Positions 13,758 through 27,275 of a stretch of 64,000 nt of DNA are shown piece by piece. The notes below the pieces were generated by a model that saw nothing but the letters and a program-made list of their open reading frames with translations, did no database searches and was not told the DNA's origin. Each line of letters starts with the position of its first letter. Positions within the stretch are counted from its first letter, which is position 1. Both the position numbers and the translations under genes were made by a program. Origin of the DNA: Eledone cirrhosa (lineage: Eukaryota); contig OZ024754.1 in NCBI GenBank assembly GCA_964016885.1, forward strand, positions 39,184,001 through 39,248,000, written 5' to 3'.

Positions 13758-15416
13758 ACACACCTTCAAAGTAATGCCCCAGTATGGCCAGAGTCTAATG
13801 AGTAAAATCAATAAAATAATATATATTTTCAGTATGTTTTTCACATGAATATTATCTAGAACAAGAATGCAAAGATTTGTGGTTGGGTATATTTTTTTTC
13901 AGATCTGATTTTAATTATAGAGGCTGCACAAAGCCAATTAATTATACACTTTAAATTAATTTATAATGGTAAAAAAGCTATGTATTTTTAGAATGAACCA
14001 TAAAAAACATATCTACGAGTCTGGATGTTTTGTTGGAAATCTTTTCCAAGCCACCACCGAGACAAAACTGGTTTGATTTAGTCGAGCAAGAAAAATGTTC
14101 ACTTTAGCTATATTTGTACACAACAATAAATAATACAAGTTAGAGAGACAGAGAGAGAGACATAGTATTTTTTTTAAGAGCTTATATTTGAAATCAATAT
14201 AGAGGGACCAAGAAATCTATGTTTGCCAAGTAACCATTGATTAACAAATCGGGTTATCTGGAGAACATAACAATAAATAGCGTGTTGTTTGTAATTATAC
14301 AGTTCTGAAAGAAAGGAAACAAAAAATCCTTCTTCTCAGATGTGACAATTAGTTGTGATAATGTGACCATTATTATTGCATATACTGGAAAGTGATTAAT
14401 GTTAGGAAGGGCATCCAATCATATCAACCCCAGTACTTATTTTTTTCATGTACTGGTACATATTTTATCGATTTCTTTTTGTCAAGCTGCACACGCACAC
14501 ACAAGAATGTGTTTAAAATAGCGAATAAGGAAAATGAATAGGACAGCAAGGGCCTATGCCATGCAGACAAGTTAGGTCAATTGACCGTGTCCTGCTTACA
14601 CAGAACTGTTTCTGGCATGGTTTCTACGACTGGATGCTCTTCCTAACGCCAACCACATTTACAGTGTAGTCTGGCCGCTTTCTGTCATGTCACCAACATG
14701 ACCCCTTTACAGTGTGGTCTGGGCGCTTTCTGTCATGGTACCAACATGACCACTTTATAGTGTGGTCTGGGCGCTTTCTGTCATGGCACCAACATGACCA
14801 CTTCACAGTGTGGGTTGGATGCTTTTTGTCATGACACCTACAGAACCAACAAACAGTGTGGATTGGGCATGTTTTGTTATGTCACCAACATGACTACTTT
14901 ACAGTGTGGACTGAGCGTTTTTTGATATGTCATCAATACAACTACTTTACAGTGTAGACTGGGCGTTTTTTGTCATGTCACCAACATGACTATTTTACAG
15001 TGTGATCTGGGCCTATTAAATACAATCTAGTGTGGAAGAAAAGGTCAGTTGAGACTAAAAAATAATTATAAATTTAGGCACAAGGCCAGCAATTTTGGTG
15101 CAGCGGGCGAGGGGTTGTCTATTATATCGACCCAGTATTTGAATGGTTCTTTATCTTATCCCCCCCCCCCCACCTGAATGAATGAAAAGCAAATATGACC
15201 TTGGTCAGATTTAAACTCGGTTCAAACAAAACAATGAGCAGTGCATTGACATTGTTTATCTATTGTAGCAATAGTAATAATGGCTAGCTTTGTTTTAGGC
15301 ACAGTAGTAGATGATCAAAGGCCAAGAGGCCTCCATATGGCTGCACCAGCCCATCCCACCCTTCCACTTCTCACAAATATGCAGATAAGAGAACAGCTTT
15401 GATAGTTTCAGTTTAA

Positions 15417-15623
15417 CCCTTTAGCATTCACATTACTCTATATATACTATTATATTTTCATGGTAAAGGCTTTATCTCGCATAATATCGAATCTATGAGA
15501 TTTTGAAAGTATTTATTTTGAGAACAATACCTTAACATCAGTTTGAGTGACCAGTTACAGCCAGTTTCAACAGAAAGAGGTAGAGAATTCTGGCTGGTTT
15601 TGGCCGGTTTAAACATTAAAGGG
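15417..15623. mobile_element. piggyBac-like MITE
   Basis: TTAA-CCCTTTAGCATT...AAACATTAAAGGG-TTAA. Confidence 0.85.
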
Positions 15624-15749
15624 TTAAAGTCAACACGACTAGATTAGCTGGTGATAGTTATCATTCTGTTGCAGATTCTACAATGATTTCCGACAATAAG
15701 TATTCTACACACAAACACACTCATTCATTCATTCATTCATTCATTCATT

Positions 15750-17150
15750 CATCATCATCATCATCATTGTTGTTGTTGTTGTTTTAACGTCTGCTTTCCC
15801 TGCAAACAAGGGTTGAACAGGTCTTCATACACCAAGTCAGTACTGAAGCAGATTCATTGATCTTCCAGGCAGGCCAGGGATCTTTATGTATGGTCAACAC
15901 TTCACCAAGTGCTCAGGAGAGGCTGTCATGTCCTCCTAACCCTTTTGTTTGGCAAGATTTCTACGGCTAGATGCCCTTCCTATCACCAGCCACTTTATAG
16001 CATATACTGGGTGCATTTATTGTGTAGATCACCAAAGACTAGGGTGGCTGTCGAGTCCTCATGACCTTTCATTTGGCAGATCCTCCACGGCTGAATGCCC
16101 TTCCCATCACCAACCACTTCACAGGTGGGGAGGGGGGCATACATGGTGAGGTTGAAGTAGTGATGTTGAGGATAACTGTTGGGGAGTGCTACAGTAGTCA
16201 AGGCCCATGTTTCACTGCCATATAGCATATCAGTTCGCACACAGGCATCATACAGTCTACCCTCCACTCTCAGAAATAGTATTTTGTTGTTAGCAGTGGT
16301 AATAGATCTCTAAACTTCTTTCAGTCTGTTCTTATCCTAGCTATCACATTTTCAGCACATCCTCCCCCACTACTAATTTGATTGCCTAGGTAACGAAAGC
16401 TGTAAACAACTTCTATGGAGTTCCCCTGGCAACTGAGGAAATCTATTTCATGTGTGTTCTTTGTGCTTACTTGCCCTGTGCATCTGCTGCATACAAAGTC
16501 TATCTTTTCCATTAACCCTTTAGTATTTACATTACTCTATATATACTATTGTATTTTCAGCATAAAGGCTTTATTTCTCATAATATCTCACATGATATTG
16601 GATTTATGAGATTTTGATATTATTTATTTTGAGAACAATACCTTAACATCAGTATGAGTGGCCAGCTACAGCCGGTTTGAACAGAAAGAGGTGAGAGAAT
16701 TCTGGCTGGATATGGCTGGTTTAAATGCTAAAGAGTTAACCTACCTGGAATCCTACTACATCTCTTGTGTGTCCATAATTCATATTGTGAGCACCTTATG
16801 GAATATCTGTCCACCCCTTTCTGACATATCAAACAAGGTCACTTTTCTGATCATATCACCTTCCTATCTTCTTTTCTACTTATTAAAACTTTTGTCTTTG
16901 ATAAATTTACTTTCAGACCCCTCAGCTCTAGGTTCTTCTTCCATGCTTGAAATTTTGCTTTCAAATCTCCTACAGATTCAGCCATGAGGAATAGATCGTC
17001 AGCATATAGGAGCTCCCATGGAGTGCCATTTTTAAACTCCTCAGTGATGGCCTGAAGCATACAATGGTAAACAGAAGTGTACTAATGAATGATCCCTGGT
17101 GGACTCCCACTGTACTCATTGCCAACTCTCACTCTGCTAGTTGCTCTTCT
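15750..17150 (-). mobile_element. Degenerate RTE LINE copy interrupted by a TTAA MITE
   Basis: ORF pieces LQAITEEFKNGTPWELLYADD, SFRYLGNQISSGGGC and GRLYDACVRTDMLYGSETW match the 24864 copy. Boundaries are approximate. Confidence 0.85.
16516..16735. mobile_element. piggyBac-like MITE inside the RTE LINE
   Basis: TTAA flanks; same body as the 15417 copy. Confidence 0.85.
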
Positions 17151-17567
17151 ATGCATGGCCCTCACAAGCCATCAACACGTAGGGGATATAACTGATTTTT
17201 TTTTGTTGTTGTTTGTGTGTAAAGAAATGTTTTTACACACAAGCGACAACAAAAAAAATCAGTTGTATCCCTTACTTTAGCAAGGACAGAAGTGACCCAA
17301 ACTATGCAATCAAAAATCAGCAGACAGGAGTTTTAGCAAAAACAATTTAAACTAATAAGAAATGTTTTGAAGATCCAGAACAGAGAAAGCAAGCTTTACT
17401 AACATAAATTTTTTTATACCTGTTATAAAGATCCTTTATATATATATATATATACCAGGTGTGCTTTCAAACTTTTTTTTTATCATTTTCCTTATATAAC
17501 ATGATCTGTATAGATCGCTTTCTAAATGTCCACACTTTTTTTCACTACATATATATATATGTATATG

Positions 17568-17611
<44 letters not shown>

Positions 17612-17898
17612 GTGATTAAATTTGTAGTTGTAATATCATGGAAGAGGTTAAAGTGTTTCTAGTAAGTCTGTTGTAAGGTTTTCTCATTGACCTGTAGTCT
17701 TAACTTGTAAGAATTCTTCTGTTGAGTTCCAAATTAATTATTTAATTACTTCCTATTTTAGTTCAATCTTTGAGATTAGAAACCAAAATTAATGATCCTT
17801 TAAATAGCTGTCTCGTGTTTTTTCTATTTTTTATTGTCTTCAATTGTTTTACCATTTCTACATTAAACTGACTTGGCTGTGTTTTGGTAACACATTCA

Positions 17899-17943
<45 letters not shown>

Positions 17944-17944
<1 letters not shown>

Positions 17945-18281
17945 CATCATTATTTCATTTTACGTCCACTTTTCCCTGCTTGCAAGGGTGGGACGGGAAC
18001 TGATTTTGGCTTGATTTCTATAGCTGGATGCCCTTCCTAACACCAACCTCATTTACAGTGAGTGCTGGGTGCTTTTTTTGCTGTGGCACCTCCACGACCA
18101 CTTTGCAGTGGAATGATATGGACCCCAGTCCCTATTATCTCATTTCTACAGCTGAGTAAACTGGAGCAATGTGAAATAAAGTGTCTTGCTCAAGGAAACA
18201 ACACATCACCCGGTCTGAAAATTGAACTCGCAACCTTTCGATTGCAAAGCCAATGCTCTAACCACTAAGCCATGTGCCTCC
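17944..18281 (-). mobile_element. SINE family A copy
   Basis: Reverse complement of the 28509 copy. Confidence 0.88.
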
Positions 18282-18889
18282 ATATATATATATGCAATGT
18301 CGTGAAAAGTCCTGTCTTTAATGCATTCCAAGCTATAATGATACACAGAGGACAGTTGATGAACAGGAATTGTCCTTGTGTTTGTGTCTTGTGTTTTCAC
18401 CCACAGGTTTTTTGAATATACACCACTATATACACCACTATATACACCACTATACACACCACTATATACACCACCACACTATACACCACTATATACACCA
18501 CTATATACACACCACTATATACACCACCACACTATATACACCACCACACTATATACACCACCACACTATATACACCACCACACTATATACACCACCACAC
18601 TATATATACCACACTATACACCACTATATACACAACAGATGTCCACATAAACAGATGTGAACCTCCAACAAAAGTGTTTCTCGAGAGTTCTGAGTAAAAA
18701 AGGTGAATCTGTTGTTTGAATGTTTTGTGTGGTTATATTGATTGGGAATAATCAATATGTTGATATGTCTTGTTGAGTAATACACACACACACTCACACA
18801 CACACTCACACACACACATACTCACACATACACACACACACTCACTCACACACACTCACTCACACGCACACACTGCACCATACACACAT

Positions 18890-18921
<32 letters not shown>

Positions 18922-20109
18922 ACTTGCACACACGGTCTCAGACACACTCGCATATACACACACACACTTGCATATACAAACACACACACCACTTCTCTCT
19001 CTCCCCATATCCCTCAATATTGCTGTCCCCCATCTCTCTCTTTATCCCTCACTATTGCTGCCCCCCCCTCTCTCTCTCCTTATTCCTCACTATTGCTGCC
19101 CCCCTCTCTCTCCTTATTCCTCACTATTGCTGTCCCTATCTCCCTCTCATTAACAGGTCTCTACATAAATATTTTGCTACCCTCCTCTCTTTCCCTACTT
19201 TTTCTTCATCCATCTTTCTTTATCTCTGCCCCTCTCCTTCTATCTACAGCCCCCCCCCCGTTCCCTTCCGATTTCTCCCCCCCCCCTCTCTCCCTGGTCT
19301 CCTTCTCTCTCCCTCCTCCTTTCTCCTCTCCGTATGCTCTTCACCTGATACTAAGCTACTTCTCAATATCCCAATTATTTGTTGTCCAGAAGTTCGTTAG
19401 ATATTAACGAACTGTTTTGAAACATATCCGTTATAATACATCTGCTGGCCATTAGGCCACATTTATTGCCTTGGCTTCTATCAACTGTGGCCTTGCTAAT
19501 TATATATGATTTATGGAGGGCTTATAAATAATACATGTTCTGTCCATGATGTATTTACAGCTAATATGATTTAGGTAGGGCTTACAGGTGTGTGTGATAT
19601 ATTTAGAGGCAACACGATTCATGTAGGTCTTATAGGCATATATGTGTGTGTGTGTGTGTGTGTGTGTCATCTAGAAACGATCGTAAAGCAGTGAAGTATA
19701 TCTCTAATGACTTTATATATATCTATATATAGATATATATATATGAAAAGATTCAGGACCCCCGATGGCTGAGCTCTGGCTGTTTCGAAAGCTAAATCCG
19801 AAACTTTTCATACTACCTACTCTACTACCCGAAGTATCGAGTACTCTGGTGGATTATGGTCTAGCTGGTTTTTACCACACCCTATCTGATATATATATCA
19901 GAGGTAGACCACGAAAAACATGGGTGAAGGTGGTGAGAGCAGACCTCAGATCGCTGAAGCTCACAGTGGAGATGACGAAGGACCGTGATAAGTGGAGAGA
20001 TGCTGTGCTGAATAGGACCCGTCCCACCCTTGCAAGCAGGGAAAAGCGGACGTAAAATGATGATGATATATATATATAGTGGTCATTTTGGTGCCATGAC
20101 AAAAAGCTC

Positions 20110-20520
20110 CCAGTCCACACTGTAACGCTGTCATGTAGGTGTCACAACAAAAAGCGCCCAGGTCCACACTGTAAATTGGTCGTGCTGGTTTCACCACAAA
20201 AAGCGCCCAGGTCCACACTGTAAATTGGTCGTGCTGGTGTCACCACAAAAAGCGCCCAGGTCCACACTGTAAATTGGTCGTGCTGGTGTCACCACAAAAA
20301 GCGCCCAGGTCCACACTGTAAATTGGTCGTGCTGGTGTCACCACAAAAAGCGCCCAGGTCCACACTGTAAATTGGTCGTGCTGGTGTCACCACAAAAAGC
20401 GCTCAGGCCCACACTGTAAATCGGTCGTGCTGGTGTCACCACAAAAAGCGCCCACTCCACACTGTAAGGTGGTCGTGTTGGTGTTATGACAAAAGGCACT
20501 CAGCCCACCCTGTAAATGTG
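20110..20520 (+). repeat. 49-bp tandem repeat of the CACACTGTAAA module
   Basis: Unit CCCAGGTCCACACTGTAAATTGGTCGTGCTGGTGTCACCACAAAAAGCG. Confidence 0.9.
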
Positions 20521-22157
20521 ATGTTAGGGTGGACATTCAGCTGTAGAAACGAAGCCAGAAACAGTTCTGTACGAGCAAGGCACGGTCATCTAATCTGACT
20601 TCCCGGACAATGGGTCAACTCGCTTAACCCACGCTAGTGTGGAAAAATGGACGTTAGACAGTGATGCTGATATACATATATAGTGTATATAATGTGCTTA
20701 CAGTAACATTTGATCTAAGAATGGTTACAGGGGTGTGTGTCTGTATGTATGTGTGTGTATATATCTATGTACTCACTCTTCATACTCCTGGAGATGAGGG
20801 TTGCACATTTTTTCGGGGGTATGTTTTACCCATATGTAATGTCTCCCCTATTGGGGAAAATTGATTAATTTTTAAGTTGCATTTGTGATAGTATTTTATA
20901 CATTTTTATTGTATGTAAACTTCCCCCTTTGTATTTGTCCCCTGCTTTTGTGCCCCTGTGGCTAATAAAGAAACCTCTCTCTCTCTCCACGCACACACAC
21001 ACGCGCGCGCGAAAGAACTCAGCACAAGGAAGCTGTTAAAACAGCAAAATGGTGTCAATAGCAATGTCAGGTAAAATTTACCTCAAAGGATAGAAATGTG
21101 TTGTCCCATAGAAGTGATAGAAAGAAATGAGAAAGGGCTAAAATAGAGGAGAGGGGATCTCAGCTTTTAGACTGCCACTGGTGAGTTTACCTGATGTATT
21201 TACAGATAACACCACAGAATAAAAGAACTATAATTGGAAGCAAGTATCCTCAGCCTCTTTATTTAGGTAGCCCTGTCTTGTTTGGAAGACCAGTCGCTAC
21301 ATGAACTGACGCTGCGGGTTTAATATAGACAAGTAGCCTAGTGGTTAGTTACATTCACAATCATAAGGTTATGGGTTCGATTCCTGGATTGGATGGTGTC
21401 TTGGGTTTCTTGAGTAAGACGCTTAATTTGATATTGCTTTTCATGAAGGATTGCAATCTTGCAGGAGGGCAGCTAAACCTACATAGGGATGAGGTGTAAC
21501 AATATGATAGGATTGAGGTCCCTATCATTAAAACATCCAAGAAACCTCATGTAAGATGCAATTCCATAGGAAGCCAGCTAAACCTACATAGGTGTGAGAA
21601 GTAACAACATGATATGACTGAGGTCCCTATCATTAAAACACCCAAGCAACTTCTTATAAGATTCATCTTTGTAAGAGGCCAGCTAAACCTACATAGTTGA
21701 GAACTGTAAATTTCACACTCCATTTCAATTCATGGCTGTGTGCTAAAGGAATTTAATTTGCAACCCCATGGTTTTGGAAGGCTGGTGAAAAATAAACCAG
21801 TAGCTGGATGTTGTCAGAAATGCAAATGCTTTACCTCAAATGATAGCTGGGAGGATGTTCTGAAAGAATCAGTCCAAATCGTGGAACTCATTCCTGTAGA
21901 TGACCATCTTCATCTCAGTCACAATAAGGAGGGAGATGTTTTAGGGGCCCAGGACACTATGGCTTCAGCAGTAATTCTGTCAGAGAGTGGCTGGTACTTT
22001 GACAGCTTACCATCTTCAGTCTGTTGGGCAATTAAACCTGGGTCTGATGCTGAATTCAGCAGGTTGCTGCTGGAGATAGTATCACCGTTGTTTAGCGTTT
22101 CTAAATAATGGTTTTATTTACCACTTGAAGAACAATGGAATTGGTTTTAACTATTGC

Positions 22158-22204
<47 letters not shown>

Positions 22205-22480
22205 TGCACTATTTCTTTCTCTCTTAAACACACTCTCTGCTTCACATACATACACACAGCCTCCTCCTCCTCCTCTCTCGCTCCCTCACACACAGCTCCC
22301 CTCTCTCTCCCATATACTGTTTGCCCTCTCTATCTCTCACACACATACTGTTTCCGCTCTCTATCACACACACACACTGTTTCCCCTCTCTATCTCACGC
22401 ACACACAATCTCTCACACTCCGATTCCCTCACACACACACACACAATCTCTCCCTCACACTCCGGTTCCCTCACCAGCTC

Positions 22481-22516
<36 letters not shown>

Positions 22517-22538
22517 TCTCCCTCACACACTCCGGTTC

Positions 22539-22574
<36 letters not shown>

Positions 22575-23709
22575 TCTCCCTTATCTAATCTACAAACCTC
22601 CAACGCAATCTTCCATTCTCTTCTGTTATATGTGTCATTTTATATAAGATACTTTACTTTACATGGAAAGGTTAACACAGTAAATAGAAATACATTTACA
22701 TCTTGCAACTGTCATTTCAAATCTAAAATATATATACACACGCACGCGCACACACACACACATATATATATACAAACTTAGTATGTGTGTGGGTATATAT
22801 ACATATATAGGTTTATACACATACAAGTCTATTTTATATATATACATGCAGACATATATACAAACTTAGTATGTGTGTGGGTATATATACATATATAGGT
22901 TTATACACATACAAGTCTATTTTATATATATATACACGCAGATATATATACAAGCCTAGTGTGTGTGTGTGTGGGTATATATACATATATATAGGTTTAT
23001 ACACACCCTTGCAAGCAGGGAAAAGCGGACGTAAAATGATGATAAGCGTATTATATCATCATCACCGTTTTAGGTCCGTTCTTCCACGCTAGCATGGGTT
23101 AGACGGGTTGTCCTGTTGTGGGCAGTGTCCGGTCGGCTGACCATGCCTTGCTCATACAGGAACTGATTTGGCTTGATTTCTACAGCTGGATGCCCTTCCT
23201 AACACCAACCTCATTTACAGTGAGTGCTGGGTGTTTTTTTGTGGCGCCTACACGATATATATATATATATCACCGTCCAAACCCATGCAAGCATGGAAGA
23301 TGGACGTTAAACGATGATGATGATGATGATACATACTCACACACACATATATTATGAGTCAGGACCCTGACGGTTGAGCTCTTCCCGTTTCAACAGCTAA
23401 CAAACCTATTATATACACACACACATATATGTATGTATATATATATATATATGCATGTTAAAAATGCTATCATTTGAAATGGAATATATATACATTTGCA
23501 TATGTATATATATATTACATAGCAGACATACTTATATATGTAAAATATACCCTGGCACCAAACAATATCAACTAGTTATCTGCTGCCATTTGTTAAATGT
23601 TAGATATTTAACCCTTCTAATATTTACTACATATGCCAACTGCCAAACGTTTTATCTCAATAAGCCAGTATAAGAGAGAGACAGAGATTTTGATACTTCT
23701 CCCTCCCCG

Positions 23710-23754
<45 letters not shown>

Positions 23755-23918
23755 ATATAGTCCATATATATATGTGTGTGTGTGTATATAGTCCATATAT
23801 ATATGTGTGTGTGTATATAGTCCATATATATATATGTGTGTGTGTGTATATAGTCCATATATATATATATGTGTGTGTATATAGTCTATATATATATATA
23901 TATGTGTGTGTGTATATA

Positions 23919-23962
<44 letters not shown>

Positions 23963-24251
23963 ATATAGTCTATATATATATATATGTGTGTGTGTGTGTA
24001 TAGTCTATATATATATATATATGTGTGTGTGTGTGCGTGTTTATATAGTCCATATATATATGTGTGTGTGTGTGTATATAGTCTATATATATATGTGTGT
24101 GTGTGTGTATAGACCAAATATGTGTATATAGTCCAAATATATATGTATGTGTATATAGTCTATATATATATGTGTGTGTGTGTGTATATGGTCTAAATAC
24201 ACACACACACACACAATATGAATGGCAATCAAAGAGTGTTTAAAACATTTG

Positions 24252-24303
24252 ATCACTTGCGATCGTTTCATCCTAGCACAAGGCTGGAATCATCAGAGTT
24301 GAT
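24252..24303 (-). ncRNA. Degenerate hammerhead motif (U16.1 replaced by C)
   Basis: Minus strand reads ATCAACT-CTGATGA-TTCCAGC(CTTGT)GCTAGGAT-GAAA-CGATCG-CA-AGTGAT. Confidence 0.6.
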
Positions 24304-24548
24304 AACAAAAGTCAAACATAAATATAATATCAAAACTTTGTCACAAAAACATTAGGAGGATACATGATATGGGAGGCTGTATAAGTATCAACTCACTGCA
24401 AAGTGGTCGTGGAGGTGTCACAACAAAAAAGCACCCAGTCCACATTGTAAAGTGGTCATGTAGGCACCACAGTAAAAAAGCACCCAGTATGGGAGGATAG
24501 ATAAGCATAAGTCTCAACATTTATATATATGTATAGAAAATAGTCCAA

Positions 24549-24588
<40 letters not shown>

Positions 24589-24642
24589 TTTCATACATAC
24601 ATATTGATGTATAGATGTGTGAATGTTTAGACGGATGTATTT

Positions 24643-24673
<31 letters not shown>

Positions 24674-24863
24674 GGAATGAGTAGGACCCCGACGGCTGAG
24701 CTCAAGCCGTTTCGACGGCTAATTCTGGACTAAAAGTCCTACTCGTCGGGGTCCTACTCGTTCCTATTTCCCACTCTACTACCCTAAGTATTGAGTACTT
24801 GGGTGCATTATGGTCCATCTGGTTCCTTACCACATTTTCTTTGTTATATATATATATATATAT

Positions 24864-26257
24864 CAGGCTATAACAGAGGAGTTCAAGACCGGCTGCCCAT
24901 GGGAACTCCTATACGCAGACGACTTGACACTCATAGCGGAATCAATGGCCGAGCTAGAGAAGAAATTCCAAACATGGAAGCACGGCCTAGAATCAAAAGG
25001 CCTTAAAATTAACCTGGCTAAGACTAAAGTTCTAGTTTGTAGGAAAGAAAATAAGGCGGCAGTCCCTTCTGGGAAATGGTCATGCTCGGTGTGTAGGAAA
25101 GGCGTAGGTAGAAACTCCATTTTATGTCCTAAATGCAAAGTATGGGTGCATAAAAGATGTAGTGGGATCACAGGTAAGCTAACTAAGAACATAGATTTTA
25201 CATGTGGCTGGTGTTCTGGTGCAATAAGTAGCAGCAAGTGCCCACAAAATACTAGCTCTTTCAATTGCGCAGAGGGTTCTATAGAAATAGTGGACAGTTT
25301 CCGTTACCTGGGTGATAAAATCAGCAGTGGGGGAGGGTGCTCTGAAAGTACAGTAGCTAGAGTCAGAACTGGTTGGAAAAAGTTCAGAGAGCTTATACCA
25401 CTATTAGCTGCTAAAGGGTTCTCCCTAAAAATGAAAGGCAGGTTGTACGATGCCTGCATACGAACAGCAATGTTGCATGGCAGTGAGACCTGGGCATTGT
25501 GTGCAGAGGATATACGCAGACTAGAGAGGAACGAAGCTTGCATGCTCCGCTGGATGTGTAACAGTAATATACGTGAACGGCAAAGCATAAACGAACTAAG
25601 GAAAAAATTAGAAATAAGAGGGATCAGATGATGTTTACTCGAGAGAAGGCTACGTTGGTATGGACACGTGATGCGCATGAAAGTCGATAGCTGTATAACA
25701 AAGTGCAGGGCAATAAAGATAGACGGTAGCCACGGAATAGGCAGACCTAGAAAAACCTGGGACGAGCTGATAAACTCCGACCTCACACACTTACACCTCT
25801 CCAAGACAATGTCACTGGACCGAGACCTTTGGCGGTACTCAGTAACAGAGAAGACCCGCCTTACCTAAATACATAGTAAAACCTACTACAGCCAGTAGGC
25901 ATATCTAACAAAATAACCCCCCCCCCCCCTGTCCCACCACCCCCACCCCGTCCACACCACCCCGTTCTATGTAAAGTTATGTTGGTGCCACACCATCCAG
26001 GCCGAAACAAATGAGATCGTGTAGGTGTCACGACAAAAAAACACACAGTCCACGCTGTAATGTGGCCGTGTAGGCAACACGGTAAAAACCTCCCAGACCC
26101 ACACTGTAAATGTGGTTGGTGTTAGGAAGGGCATCCAACTGTAGAAAACCTGCCAGACAGTCCTATGCGAGCAAGACAATCACTCTTGCCTCAAGTGGGA
26201 CTACCCCCGTCCAAACCCATGCAAGCGTGGAACACGGACGTTAAACGTTGATGATGA
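24864..26257 (+). mobile_element. 5'-truncated RTE-clade LINE: C-terminal RT with inserted PHD-type finger, 3' UTR and (GAT)n tail
   Basis: WELLYADD, KINLAKTKV, FRYLG, RRLRWYGHV and GRPRKTW motifs lie in one frame (24864-25868) with a single in-frame TGA at 25629; ends in ggacgttaaacgttgatgatgat. Confidence 0.92.
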
Positions 26258-26416
26258 TATTAAAATAACAGATTAAAGTTTAAGCAAAGAATCGTTGCTT
26301 TCACCCTTAACGGGATCTTCTAAAGCGGATGTAAAAACGATAGAGATAATGATATGTGTGTGGATATATATATGTGTGTATGTTTGTGGATATGTGTGTG
26401 TGGATTGTGTATGTGG

Positions 26417-26450
<34 letters not shown>

Positions 26451-27275
26451 ATATAGTGAATTAAGTAATTAGAGAGGAGAGTAATTGAAGCATTAGTAAA
26501 TGTATAACTTAAATGGAAGCTAATTCAAAACATAAACAAACTTATTTGCTCATCAGATACTCTTAACCATATGACCTTGGGGGGGGGGGGGGGGGGGGGG
26601 TTGTAGTATAAGTTCTGGTACCATGATAAAATGCACCCCGTCCACTCTGTAAAGGGGTAGTGCTGGTCTCACAAAAACAATTGCTTGACAGATTTTACAG
26701 GTAAAACTAACTAGCAGGATGACCATGTGGAAGGCCATGAGCTAGGTTATTCTCGCTTGCTTCTGATAAGACCCTGTGAAAGGCAAGGCTTGTTTGAGGA
26801 CTCTACCTTCAAGCCCCTCCCAGGAATAAATGGGCGCAGAAGGGAATATAGTTTAGATGAGGTCTTTGAGACAGTTTGTTGCAACTGATGTCAACTCCTG
26901 TCTTTTTGTTTGAAGTGAGGTACTGAGGAACCACTTAGCTGCAGGACATAAACAAATGTCACTGTTTGTGCTATAGATGTCAAATGTAAAGCAAACACAC
27001 ACACACCATGATCATCACCAACATCACCACCACCACTACCACCATCACCACTACCACCATCACCACTACCTCCATCATCAGCATCACCATCACCTCCATT
27101 ACCATCATCACCACCACCACCGCCATCATCATTTTTATATCCACTTTTCCATGCTGGTTGGGTAGGATGTTTTGAGACAATGTTTTACGGCCAAATCTCC
27201 TTGTCACCAACCCTCTTACAACTTGCAGGGTTATGACGTACCTGTTCTAAAAACTAGGACACATATGGCATACTA

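Noticed and set aside
17645-17693. Minus-strand AGGT...GAAAC...ACCT hammerhead-like outline
   Set aside because: The core reads CAATGA and stem II is not convincing; too degenerate to call.
21010-21075. Possible first exon (KELSTRKLLKQQNGVNSNVR, then AG|GTAAAA)
   Set aside because: The phase is incompatible with the phase-0 acceptor at 30463, there is no start codon in that frame, and the adjacent sequence resembles a repeat at ~730-790.
21740-22108. 122-aa non-repetitive ORF
   Set aside because: GTG start, no recognisable motif and no convincing splice signals.
26579-26600. G22 run as a functional G-quadruplex
   Set aside because: An isolated homopolymer among many simple repeats, with no evidence of function.
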